A DNA stretch of 64,000 bases from Alphaproteobacteria bacterium. Its GTDB lineage: Bacteria > Pseudomonadota > Alphaproteobacteria > JAAXGF01. The stretch covers positions 480,001 to 544,000 of the forward strand of contig CAUVXB020000001.1 of assembly GCA_963555825.3 (NCBI GenBank), read 5' to 3'. Both the position numbers and the translations under genes were made by a program. Positions 19,827 through 30,406 of this stretch are shown here, in pieces. The notes under the pieces were generated by a model. It saw only the letters and a program-made list of their open reading frames with translations. It was not told the origin of the DNA and did not search any database. The stretch's first letter is position 1; each line of letters opens with the position of its first letter.

Positions 19827-21510
19827 CAGACTGTGTAAGAACGTTTGCTGCGTGATCTGTACGGCGCGTCTTTGGCTTCGATGATCCGTCGCGGCGGGTA
19901 TTCCGGGATTAAGGATTTTCGCCACTCGTGCGGACCTGTCGGCCGGCTGGCGCCGGTGTGAGCTGCGATTTGGCCGGATATGGGCGCAATTTGCGGCGCA
20001 GAGAGGCCTATGCGGTCCTCATCGCCGCGATCAGCGGGTCGATGCCCGTGATGTTCATGACGCGCTTGAGATTGTAGGCCAGCACGTGCAGGGCCATCTC
20101 GGTCCTCACCCGTTTCAGCGTCTTCGTCTGGAAATGCGTCGCGCCCATCCAGGACTTGATGGTGCCGAAGGGATGCTCGGCCGTCTCGCGCCGCCGACGC
20201 ATCGCCTCCGGGTGCTCGTCGAGCCGCCTCTCGACGGCCTCGAGAACATGCTCGTGCTGCCAGCGGGTGATGCGGCGCTGCTTGGCCGTGGTGCAGCGAT
20301 GCTTGATGGCGCATCCCTGACAGGCGTTGGTCCAGTAGCGCCGCATGCTCAGCCCCCTCTCCTGGCTGGTGAAGCGGTAGACCAAACGCTCGCCGGCCGG
20401 GCAGCGATAGACATCGTCGGCGGCCAGATAGACGAAGTCCTGTTTGCCGAAGCGGCCCTTGGCCTTGGCTCCAGAGGTCAGCGGCTTAGGCAATGTGACG
20501 GTGATGCCGGCCTCATCGCAGGCCAGAATCTCCTTGCCGTTGTAGTAGCCGCGATCGGCAACGACATCCAACTCGTCGGTCTCCAGAGCCGCCTTGGTCC
20601 GCTTCGCCATGGCTGAGAGCTGGGCGCGGTCGGTGCCCTGATTGGTCACCTCGTGGGCGACGATCAGGTGGTGCTTGGTGTCGACGGCGGCCTGAACGTT
20701 GTAGCCGACCACGCCGGAACCCCGGCCGCTCGTCGCCATCGAGCGGGCATCGGGATCGCTCAGAGAGATCTGCTGGTCCGGGCTCGCACGCCGCTCGACT
20801 TCAAGCGCCTTCAGGCGCCGCATCTCCTGCTTGAGGATCGCGATCTTGTCGGCCAGACGAGTCGTCTTGGTCGTGCGCGCCAGCGACGGCTCTTGCCGGT
20901 CGGCGCTGTCCAACTGGTCCAGATAGCGCGCAACGCTCTCCTCGATCTGCGCCACCCGCCGCGCCATCTTGGCCCGCGTGAAGTTCCTGTCCCGGCTGTT
21001 GACCGCCTTGAACTTCGAGCCATCGATCGCCACGCTCGCCTCGGCGAACAGCCCGAGTTGCCGGCACAGCGCGACGAACCGGGCGCAGACCTTGCGGATC
21101 GCACGGCCGTTGTCCTTGCGGAAGTCGGCGATCGTCTTGTGATCCGGCGCCAGCCGGCCGACCAGCCACATCACTTCCACATTGCGCCCGGCCTCCCTCT
21201 CGAGCCGACGGCTCGACTGAACCCGGTTGAGATAGCCGTAGATGTAGAGCTTCAACAAATCGCAAGGATGATAGGCCGGCCTGCCGGTCGCCAGCGGCTC
21301 GACCCGGTCGAACCCGAGGCCGCCAAGATCGAGCTCATCGACGAAGACGTCGATCGCCCGAACCGGGTTGTCGTCGCCGATCCAGTCTTCCAGGCGCTCC
21401 GGAAACAACGTGCCCTGGCTGCGATCGACACCCTCGACAAAACGCTTCATCAGACCCTCCCGCCAAAGCACGAGAGAATCATAACACCATCGACGTTTTT
21501 ACACAGGCTG
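19827..21510 (-). mobile_element. IS1182-family element
   Basis: IRs CAGACTGTGTAAGAACGT / CAGCCTGTGTAAAAACGT; 4-bp TSD AGCC. Confidence 0.9.
20008..21450 (-). CDS. IS1182-family transposase
   Basis: GRPAYHP, SSRRLE, PDHKTIADFR, IDGSK, ADRGY, EHPFGTIK. Confidence 0.95.
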   Translation of the reverse strand: MKRFVEGVDRSQGTLFPERLEDWIGDDNPVRAIDVFVDELDLGGLGFDRVEPLATGRPAYHPCDLLKLYIYGYLNRVQSSRRLEREAGRNVEVMWLVGRLAPDHKTIADFRKDNGRAIRKVCARFVALCRQLGLFAEASVAIDGSKFKAVNSRDRNFTRAKMARRVAQIEESVARYLDQLDSADRQEPSLARTTKTTRLADKIAILKQEMRRLKALEVERRASPDQQISLSDPDARSMATSGRGSGVVGYNVQAAVDTKHHLIVAHEVTNQGTDRAQLSAMAKRTKAALETDELDVVADRGYYNGKEILACDEAGITVTLPKPLTSGAKAKGRFGKQDFVYLAADDVYRCPAGERLVYRFTSQERGLSMRRYWTNACQGCAIKHRCTTAKQRRITRWQHEHVLEAVERRLDEHPEAMRRRRETAEHPFGTIKSWMGATHFQTKTLKRVRTEMALHVLAYNLKRVMNITGIDPLIAAMRTA

Positions 21511-21597
21511 AGCCAAGAGCAGACATTCCGCCCCTCTCGAAGCACATGGATTTTCGACCTCCCAGAAGATAGCCTACCGCTATAGGGGGGACTGCTA

Positions 21598-21738
21598 ATG
21601 GAACGCCGTTTGGCCGCGATCCTGTCCGCCGACGTGGTCGGGTATAGCCGGCTCATGGAGGCCGACGAGGAAGCAACGATCCGTGTACTGAGCGAATGCC
21701 GCCAGGTCATCGACGAGCTAGTCGCAAACCATCATGGC
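21598..21738 (+). pseudogene. class III adenylate/guanylate cyclase N-terminus, truncated by IS21
   Basis: MERRLAAILSADVVGYSRLMEADEEAT...HHG, followed directly by the IS21 end. Confidence 0.85.
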
Positions 21739-22147
21739 TGAGAACGGCAGAGCAATAATCCCTCACTGAAGCGGCCGGTCGATCCGGCTGCGGCGGACCA
21801 AAATGGGACCGCGTATAGCCTTCTGTCAGGGTTGCTCTGACTGGAAGGCGGGGGGGATGTATCGGGTGGAGTTGTACGCACGGGTTCGGTGGGCGTGTCA
21901 TGTCGAGGGGATGAGCACCCGCGAGGCCTCGCGGGTGTTTGGTGTAGACCGCAAGACGGTCCGTAAGATGCTGTCGTTCTCGGTGCCGCCAGGGTATCGC
22001 CGAAGCGCGCCGCCGAGGCGGCCAAAGCTGGGTCCGTTCACGGGAATCATCGATCGGATCTTGGAAGACGATCGGACCAGCCACCGCAAGCAACGGCACA
22101 CTGCGAAGCGCATCTTCGACCGCCTCCGGGACGAGTACGGTTTCACG
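21739..22147 (+). mobile_element. IS21-family left-end fragment (5' part of istA)
   Basis: TGAGAACGGCAGAGCAATAATCCC end; istA start MYRVELYARV at 21857; inverted copy of 25833-26241. Confidence 0.85.
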
Positions 22148-22338
22148 TGTCAATGGCGGAGCAAAAAGGGACCACCTCGGCGGTGTAAGAAGGGACCGCT
22201 TGGCGGCTGCGGGCTTGTCCCCGTAGTCCACGGGAGGGCCCCGCGCGCGACGCGGCGTGCCCTCAACAGGCTGACGCGGCGGCGCGCGCGGGAGGGACCT
22301 GTGGGCCCACGGGGTCAAGCGTGGGCTGGGTGGTCGGT

Positions 22339-23103
22339 TCAGTTAGCAGTCGGGGTTTGACGCCTGCGGCTCTGGTTGAGCCTGTAGCTGTCACCGTTCA
22401 TCTCGAGGATGTTGACGTGGTGGGTGAGGCGATCGAGGAGCGCGCCGGTGAGGCGCTCGGAGCCGAACACCTCGGTCCATTCGTCGAAGGGCAGATTGGT
22501 GGTGACCAGGGTCGAGCCCCGCTCGTAGCGTTGGCTGAACACCTCGAACAACAGCTCGGCGCCGGTCTTCGACAGCGGCACGAAGCCGAGTTCGTCGACG
22601 ATCAGAAGCTTGTAGGTGGCGAGCTTCTTCTGGAACCTCAGCAGCTGCTTGTCATCGCGGGCCTCGATGAGTTCGTGGACCAGCGCGGCGGCGGTGATGA
22701 AGCCGACCGAGAGGCCCTTCTGGCAGGCCGCCAGGCCGAGACCGAGGGCGATGTGGGTCTTGCCGGTCCCACTGTTGCCGAGCGCGATGAGGTTCTCGCG
22801 GCGCTCGATGTACTCGCAGCGGGCCAGCTCCAGGACCAGCGCCTTGTTGAGCGAGGGGATGACCTTGAAGTCGAAGCTGTCGAGGCTCTTGACCACGGGG
22901 AAGCGCGCCGCCTTGATGCGCCGCTCGACCATGCGGCGCTCGCGGTCGATCAGCTCGAGCTCGGCGAGTCTCAACAGGTAGCGGACGTGATCGACGCCTT
23001 CCGAGGCGCACTGCCGGGCGATCTTGTCGTACTCGCGCAGGAAGGTCGGCAGCTTCAGCGTCTTGAGGTGGTGGGCGAGCAGCACTTGCGGTGTGTCGGT
23101 CAT
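22339..23103 (-). CDS. istB: IS21 helper ATPase IstB
   Basis: Walker A GNSGTGKT, Walker B LLIVDELG, LLDRLTHH. Confidence 0.93.
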   Translation of the reverse strand: MTDTPQVLLAHHLKTLKLPTFLREYDKIARQCASEGVDHVRYLLRLAELELIDRERRMVERRIKAARFPVVKSLDSFDFKVIPSLNKALVLELARCEYIERRENLIALGNSGTGKTHIALGLGLAACQKGLSVGFITAAALVHELIEARDDKQLLRFQKKLATYKLLIVDELGFVPLSKTGAELLFEVFSQRYERGSTLVTTNLPFDEWTEVFGSERLTGALLDRLTHHVNILEMNGDSYRLNQSRRRQTPTAN

Positions 23104-23859
23104 GCGCCGAGCCCCGACAGCAGGCTCATGTACGACTTGGCGGACGTCATCGCGACCCGGGCGCGCGGCAGATACGGATAGACGTCGAGGTTGAGCCTGG
23201 GCGGCCGCCGCTCGATGCGGCACAGTACCAGGTGCTTCACCGCATCAAAGCCGATTGCGCCGAGCCGCAGGGCGTCGCCGACCGCACCCTCGACCTCCTC
23301 GAGCCGGAAGGTCTCCAGTAGACGGAGCACCTGGACGTACTCGCGCTTGCCTGCCTTGCCCATACGAGCTTCGAGGAGCCGCCGCAGAGTGATGAAGGCC
23401 TCGGGCAGGTCCCAGCCCGCCAATGGCGCGGCCTGGTCGAGGGCGCCGATCTTCTGCTCGATCAAGGGCAGGTAATGCAGCGGGTCGAAGATCAGGTCCT
23501 CGCTGTCGTAGGACCGGCGGTGCCGGGCGATCACCTCGGCCCCGCAGCTGATCACCACCTCATCGACGTAGCCCCGGATGAGCACCTCACGGTGGCCGTA
23601 GGCCACGGGCACGGAATAGTCGTTGCTGCGGTAACGCACCAGCGACAGCGAACTCGCCCGTCCAGGGCGCTTATCGCAGGCATCATAGGGAGCAGGCGGC
23701 AATGGCAAGAGAACTTGACGATCCCGCTCGAGACGCTCGCCGATGGTCTCCTTATATGAGGCGTTTGCTGTCAAGGTGGATTTAATCTACGCCACATGAT
23801 CGTCTCTTCCATTGGTTATGGCTTTGTATCCAGGGCGGGTCTTGCGATGAGTTCCGTGT

Positions 23860-24010
23860 TTCGTGCGAGTGATCGCATCACCTTATATCCGGCAGCTCCG
23901 ATCCGGCTTGCCACAATGCTGTATACATGGACCATCACAGGACGGGGATGGGACTAATCTTGTGGACGGCACCTTCGCCAAGGAGACATGCAGTCACACA
24001 TCCAACCTGC
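23860..24010 (-). ncRNA. putative bridge RNA / seekRNA (boundaries approximate)
   Basis: Guides GTCTCCTTG (23979-23987) and CCACAAG (23959-23965) match the target GGTCTCCTTGTGGC. ACAGCAT (23916-23922) and ATATAAG (23882-23888) match the circle junction ATAGCATCTTATAT. Confidence 0.75.
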
Positions 24011-24068
24011 CAACAAGCGTTCCCATCGGGGAATGAAGCCCGTTAGAACGCTGAGCTGATCCGCAGTC

Positions 24069-25202
24069 CTATTTGACGACAGCACCCACCGGGATCAGCC
24101 CGGTTTCCAGATACCGCCAAAGCGCGATCGCCAGTTTGCGGGCCAGGGCGACGATCATGACGCGCCTGATGCGCCCCTTCTGACCTTGGGTGCGGTCATG
24201 GAACCACTGGGTCAGAGCGCTATCGGGTTGATGGCGGACCCAAAGCCATGCGGCTTCGATCATGGCAACCCGTGCCAGCCGATTGCCCGCCTTGGAGATG
24301 CCTTGGCTGCGGCGCCCGTCGCCGCTGTCATAGGCACTGGGCGTGATCCCGATATAGCTTGCCACCTGTCGGCGATTGGCGAACTGGCGATAATAGACTT
24401 CCCGTGCGAGCGTCGTGGATAAGGCCGGGCCGAGGCCCTTTAAGCGCAGCAGCTGGTGACGCTTGCTTTCCGTGGCCACACACGGTGTCGGCGCTTGATC
24501 ACGCTCACGCTCGACCTCGACGATCTGCGCTTGGACCTGGGCCAGTCTCGCGATCTCCCGCGCGATCTCGCGGCCGAGACGGTCCGGCAGGGGTCGGCCG
24601 TCTCCGGTGACCAGCGCCGCCGGTGTCAAGGTCTTGTAGCGCGCCTTGACATTGATGCCGCGAATGCCCTGACCGAATAGCAGACCCTTGATCCGGTTGA
24701 TGTGGGCGGTTCGCTCGCGGACCAATCGGTCACGTTCCCGATGAGAGCGGCGAAGGTCCTCCTCCGCGACGCTCGGAATCACCACCATGGAGCAGACATG
24801 ACGCTCGCCGCGGCACCAGGCGATCAGCGTATGAAGAATATTCTCGACATCGATGCGGTCGGTCTTCACCCGCCGCGCCCGGCGGTTGACCCGCAAGCTG
24901 GCCGGCTCCATGACCAGACACTCGATGCCGCGCTGCTCGAGGAACCGCGCCAACCAGAAGCCGTCGTAGCCGGCCTCGTAGCACAGCGTTATCGTCGGCG
25001 TTCGACCCGTCACCTTGACCACCCGGTCCCGCGCCGCGTCCAGCTTGGCCATCAGTCCTTCAGCGTCGCCGCCCTTGATCGGATGCAAGCTCGGATTGCC
25101 CCGCCCCGGAGCCTGGATCGCCAAAAGCCAGCTGTTCTTGCTCAACTCCAGTGCCGCATAAATAGCGTGTTCATTGGAGGTCGATACCGGAAACTGTGCC
25201 AT
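24069..25202 (-). CDS. IS110-family recombinase/transposase
   Basis: RuvC-like E-E-D-D (ALELSK, CYEAG, KTDRID); SAYDSG..ISKAGN; ALARKL. Confidence 0.93.
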   Translation of the reverse strand: MAQFPVSTSNEHAIYAALELSKNSWLLAIQAPGRGNPSLHPIKGGDAEGLMAKLDAARDRVVKVTGRTPTITLCYEAGYDGFWLARFLEQRGIECLVMEPASLRVNRRARRVKTDRIDVENILHTLIAWCRGERHVCSMVVIPSVAEEDLRRSHRERDRLVRERTAHINRIKGLLFGQGIRGINVKARYKTLTPAALVTGDGRPLPDRLGREIAREIARLAQVQAQIVEVERERDQAPTPCVATESKRHQLLRLKGLGPALSTTLAREVYYRQFANRRQVASYIGITPSAYDSGDGRRSQGISKAGNRLARVAMIEAAWLWVRHQPDSALTQWFHDRTQGQKGRIRRVMIVALARKLAIALWRYLETGLIPVGAVVK

Positions 25203-26241
25203 CGTGTCGCTCCTTCTGATCGAGGTTGAAATAAGCGAAGGAGCTTGAGGCTGCGTCCTTCAGCCTCATAGCATCTTGTGGCCCCGCAGCCGCGCCGCCT
25301 GGCGCCGGCGGCACTGTTCGGCGAGAGCATCGTTGAGGGCCGCGAAGCTCTCGGCACGCGGGACGGGGACCAGGAAGTTCCGCCGGATGAAGCCGACCAG
25401 TCCCTCGACCTTGCCCTTGTCGTTGCCCTTGCCCGGCCGGCCGAACCTGTCCTCGAACAGATAGTGGGACTGAAGCTCCGTGAAGACGCGCGTTCGCTGC
25501 CGCTTCCCATCGCCCAGGATCCGGGCAACCGCCAGCTTGGTGTTGTCGTACAGGATGGATCGGGGGACGCCGCCGAAGAAGGCAAACGCCGCGTTGTGGC
25601 CATCGCAGAATGCTTCGGTCGTCTCCGCCGGATAGGCCGCAACAAAGCAACCATCACTGTGGGGAAGGTCGAAGGCAAGGAAGTGGATCTTCCGTAACGC
25701 GCCGCCGATCACCGCCATCGCTTCGCCGAAGTCCGCCTGGGCGTGACCGGGGGAATGGGAGAGTGGCACGAACACCTCACGCGACCGAAGCCCCTGCTCA
25801 CGAACGTAGTCCTTCACGATGGTGTAGCCGCCCGTGAAACCGTACTCGTCCCGGAGGCGGTCGAAGATGCGCTTCGCAGTGTGCCGTTGCTTGCGGTGGC
25901 TGGTCCGATCGTCTTCCAAGATCCGATCGATGATTCCCGTGAACGGACCCAGCTTTGGCCGCCTCGGCGGCGCGCTTCGGCGATACCCTGGCGGCACCGA
26001 GAACGACAGCATCTTACGGACCGTCTTGCGGTCTACACCAAACACCCGCGAGGCCTCGCGGGTGCTCATCCCCTCGACATGACACGCCCGCCGAACCCGT
26101 GCGTACAACTCCACCCGATACATCCCCCCCGCCTTCCAGTCAGAGCAACCCTGACAGAAGGCTATACGCGGTCCCATTTTGGTCCGCCGCAGCCGGATCG
26201 ACCGGCCGCTTCAGTGGGGGATTATTGCTCTGCCGTTCTCA

Positions 26242-26376
26242 ACCGACTGACAACATGCGATAATTCGTAGCCCCCCGGCGCACATTCCCTGTTATTTTGC
26301 ATTATTTCCCTGTAAATCGGGGGTTATCAGGGAATTTGGCCGGAGACGGGTTCGCTCCAGACTGGCTCCACCACCA
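26242..26376 (+). repeat. partial copy of the TTCCCTG-rich element at 50975-51203
   Basis: Shares TTTCCCTGTAAATCGGGGGTTATCAGGGAATTTGGCC.GAGACGGGTTCGCTC.AGACTG; cut on the left by IS21. Confidence 0.75.
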
Positions 26377-27425
26377 ATTATATCAATGGGTTATGTGAAT
26401 AATCCAAGAGATCAAAATTTATCAGGTAGCAAATAGGTAGCAGTAGCTTGGGTATCGCGGTGTCGGCGAACCAGTCCCTTGGGTCGGTGAAAACGTAGTA
26501 AAACGATGCTGTAGCCGGGAACTGAGGAACCGGTGACATCCGATGATCCGGTCGCGATCCGATATGACCAGAAAGGGTGCGCAAATCGTCCCTGTCCCAT
26601 CGCCCAACTGACGGGGAATGGCGTCTAGGGAAGGAGACTCGGTATGGGTTGTGTCGGTACGAACGGAGCCATACCAGGGACTCGGTGACATCGCGGCGTG
26701 CGAGACCAATCAAGCCCCTTACGATGTCAATCGGGTCGAAGCCAAATCACATTGTGATGGCCTCCGAGGCTCTCGAAGGTCGGACATCACTGATCCAGCA
26801 TCGCTCGGCACGGGGAAAACCTTGCCGGGTGATACGAGGCCCATGGGTGGTGGTGCCGGCGCAAATCGGGGGTCATGTCGTCGGCGCGCGCCACGTTCAA
26901 TCATTCGTCCACGAAACTGTGGAGCGTGCATGGTGGTCGATTTGGGCCGCCGCACCCGCGTGTGTCGACGAGCCGCCTGCCTGCCCAAATCGCGGTCCAT
27001 GACAAACCACGTGCGTCGATCCGACCGTGTGAATTTGCAACGGATAGTCAAAGGCCGGCCCCATAAAGCCAGTCCGCTCCCAATCTACATGGTCGTGATG
27101 TCGGGCGTCGGCTAGCCGGCCGCGCTGTTCCGCCGCCACCTCTCGGGCCACCACTCCAAGTTGTGCACGAGTTCCGGGCAAAAAGTCCGGCCAAACACGT
27201 GCGGTCGTTTACCCGCTTCGCAAATTTTCAGAAAAATAGCGCTCTCTACGCCTTGGTCGGCAGTTTTGCAAGTCAGCGGAATTGCCGCCCCCTCCGCGCA
27301 CTACGCAACCGAGTGTGGAGAAATCGATGCTCGCCCGTCGAAATTTTCCGAATTAACCTGTATTTTCTCACGCTGAGCCATTGCTGCAGGAAAGTATGCA
27401 AGCTGATATCATTACCATCAATTAA

Positions 27426-28588
27426 TACCAACGGCACTAATTATTGACCTGAAATCGCCCAATCTCTCATTCCGATGGACATGATCGTCTCGGGCTGGTC
27501 GATTAGTTTGTTCCAGGCTTGGCAACCGGCCTCGATGATGGCGTCGTAATCTTCGAAGACGCGGTTAGAGAGCCAATTCTGGCGGAGGTATTGCCAGATG
27601 TTCTCGACCGGGTTCAGCTCGGGCGAGCGCGATGGCAGCAGGATGATGGTGAGGTTCTTGGGGACCTTGAGCTGGTCGGTGCTGTGCCACCCGGCGCGGT
27701 CCATCAGGACGACGCCATGGGCCTTGGCGGCGACGTTGCAGCTGATCTCGTCGAGATGCATCTGCATGGCGGCTGTGTTGGCGAAGGGGAGCATGAGAGC
27801 GGCACCCTTGGCTCCCATGGGACAGATTGCGCCAAAGAGGTAGGCGTTCGTGTAGCGCTGATCGGCGGGCAGGCGTGGCCTTGTTCCCTTCTTCGCCCAA
27901 ATGCGCACACGCCCGTTCTTCTGTCCCAGCCTGGCCTCGTCTTGGAACCAGATCTCGACCCGCTTGGTCTTGGGCAGACCGGCTAGGTGGGCAGCGAGCG
28001 TGCGGGGGAAGTTTTTTTGAACGCCTCGATCACCCGCTGGTCCTGCTTGGGGTGCTGCGGCCGGGCGCTGATGTGGGAGAAGGACAGCGCGACGAGAAGG
28101 TCGGAGATCGCCCGCTCGCTATAGATCACGCCAAAGCGTTCTTCGATCACCCGTTTCAGGTCAACCCGCCGCCAGCGAACCACACCGTCAATCTCTGGAT
28201 CGGGGCCCGTTTCGACGATCACCGACAGTTCGCCCATCTGCTCGTCGGTCAAGAGCCGGGGGCGGCCCGCACCGGGACGGTTCTTCAAGCCGTCTGCCCC
28301 TTCATCGTTGAAGCGGTGCGCCCAGTCTCTCAGCGTCTGGCGATCCATGCCGCCGACCTTAGCGGCTTCCGCTCGGCTCATGCCGTCGTAAACCGCCGCC
28401 AAGGCCAAAAGCCGGCGAACTTGGCGGGGATCGCGACTGTGCTTGGCCAAACACCGGAGCTCAATGCTGTCGTAGTCGTCCCGAAGAGCAATGCATACTG
28501 ACATGGCGAATCTCCTTCGCCAGCCTTGAATCACATCCAGCCCAAAAAGGGAATCCCTTGCGAGTCAGAATTTTGCGCCGTTGGTATA
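27426..28588 (-). mobile_element. IS630-family element
   Basis: IRs TACCAACGGC / GCCGTTGGTA; two ORFs joined at an A7 slippery site. Confidence 0.9.
27441..28504 (-). CDS. IS630 transposase (programmed frameshift at 28012-28018)
   Basis: HTH ORF 27983-28504 ends FKKTSP; second frame has MDRAGWH and SPELNPVENIWQ. Confidence 0.88.
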
Positions 28589-29711
28589 AGTCGCTGACTA
28601 TCTGAACCCGCATTTCCCAAGTATCGTCGATATTCAGTGCGGCGAGAAGGCGATTCTGCTATAAGAATCATGAAGTTGTAGCATACATGGAGCGGCGGAT
28701 ATGGCACACCCGATGGGTGAATCGAAACCGGGGTGCCTTCGGGTCGTTTTTGACTGTCGATTGAAGCTTGAATTCCACGGTTCCAAGATCACCTCTGATG
28801 CCGGGTTGCTCGCCTACCGGGAGCTTGACGATGCCCTCGGCCTGACTGAGATGGCCGAGGGTGTTTTCCAGGACAGCCGTACCGGCAAGAACGGATGGCA
28901 CGGCATGACGGGGCAGTTCCGTCAGTCGGTGTTTGGTCGCCTTGGTGGTTATGAGGACGTAAACGACGCCGGGCGTCTCGGACGTGATCCTGCCATGCGG
29001 TGGATTGTTGGTGGCAAGGCCGTCGAAAGACAGGCTGCATCCACCAGCCAGATGGGACGGTTCGAGACGGAGCTTCTGGCGACCGATGCGAACATTGAAG
29101 TTCTGGCCGACATGAACGGGGCGTGGATCGACAAGGTTCATGACCGCCGCCCACCGAAGATGATCGTGCTCGACATGGACAGTTCCGTCAGCCCGACCCA
29201 TGGCGAGCAGCAAGGCACGGCCTATAACGGCCATTTCGGCTGCACCTGCTATCACCCGTTGTTCGTGTTCAACCAGTTCGGCGATCTGGAGCGGTGTTCC
29301 CTTCGCCCTGGCAATGTCCACAGCGCCGACGGTTGGCGTGAGGTTCTGGAACCGGTCGTTGAGCGTTATCGGGAACGGAACCTGCGCCGCTACTTCCTAG
29401 GGGACGCCGCCTTTGCCGCACCGGACATCTACGAGTTCCTGGAAAGTGAGGGTTTTCTCTACGCGATCCGGTTGCCGAAGAACCAAATTCTTCAGGAAAG
29501 CATTGCCCACCTGCTGACCCGCCCCGTCGGTCGTCCGCCGAACCATGTGCGGCGCTATTACGCCAGCTTCAGCTATCAGGCTGGAAGTTGGGACAGGAAG
29601 CGGCGCGTGGTGGCCAAGGTGGAATGGCACCCCGGCGAGTTGTACCCCCGCGTCGGCTTTATCGTCACCAACCTGTCGCGGCCCGCCGAACGGGTGGTGG
29701 CGTTTTATAAT

Positions 29712-30406
29712 GGGGCTTACAAAGAAGGGTTGACGGCTGGATCGAATTCCGCCGGTGCTTATGCCTGCTACTTGACGGGCTTCCTTAGTAGGGACACGGT
29801 GCGGGGATGTGGAAATCACCCGCTTTTGTCTTCGCCTTCGCAGGGGTTGTGCTCTTGGTGTCTCTCCCTGAGGTCCCCTCGCAAATTCGTGCATTGGCGG
29901 AGGCTCTGGGCGTGACCGGCGCAGAGTGGCATTGGTGGAACTATGCAGGGGTTCTGCTTGCCCTATTCCTCATGCTGCTTTCGTCTTATCCGGCGTGGAA
30001 GTGGGTAACCAAGAACGCCAGAATCAGGATTGAGCCGCCACCGTCGCCTCGTGACATCATCCTCCTCATTACAATAGCCGTCGCGTTTGTGGGGATCGTT
30101 GCCCTGTTTCTGACAACCGACTGGTCTAAGCCCATCTACGTGTGGAAACATCCTAAATTGACCTTAGACGAGCAAATTCAGGTGAAGGCGAAATGTCGGA
30201 TCGCCGCGTATGACGCGATCGGTGCGGGCCGAGGTGGTCTTAGGGACCCTACTTCCGTAGCCCGAAGCAATTACGTGAGGGATTGCCTGACCATCAAGGG
30301 ATTCACATTTATAGAAGTCCGAGAAAGCGACGGCCAATCATGAAACCGATCCTCGACCCCAAGCGCGACCTTGTGCTGGAAATGTCAACCCTTCTTTGTA
30401 AGCCCC
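29712..30406. mobile_element. non-autonomous mobile cassette (695 bp), possibly IS1595-type ends
   Basis: Perfect 23-bp TIR GGGGCTTACAAAGAAGGGTTGAC; 8-bp TSD TTTATAAT; no transposase. Confidence 0.88.
29807..30343 (+). CDS. hypothetical membrane protein (cassette passenger)
   Basis: Three hydrophobic segments plus a C-terminal domain with two cysteines; fills most of the cassette. Confidence 0.7.
   Translation: MWKSPAFVFAFAGVVLLVSLPEVPSQIRALAEALGVTGAEWHWWNYAGVLLALFLMLLSSYPAWKWVTKNARIRIEPPPSPRDIILLITIAVAFVGIVALFLTTDWSKPIYVWKHPKLTLDEQIQVKAKCRIAAYDAIGAGRGGLRDPTSVARSNYVRDCLTIKGFTFIEVRESDGQS

Larger units (their letters stand above)
23754..25277 (-). mobile_element. IS110-family, IS1111-type element
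   Basis: CTT core at both junctions (23751-23753, 25275-25277); sub-terminal IR ATGAGGC/GCCTCAT; long non-coding region downstream of the transposase; outward-facing TTGACA at 23769-23774. Confidence 0.88.
23100..26123 (-). pseudogene. istA: IS21 transposase IstA split by an IS110 element
   Basis: QADFG, YDNTK, KGKVE. Removing 23754-25277 rejoins ...LRGHK|ETIGERL. Confidence 0.9.
22148..26241 (-). mobile_element. IS21-family element (istA interrupted by IS110)
   Basis: TG..CA ends with repeated GCGGxxxAAAAxGGGACC motifs; istA-istB gene pair. Confidence 0.9.

Noticed and set aside
26378-27420. Several overlapping short ORFs
   Set aside because: No recognisable motifs or consistent frame; probably decayed sequence.
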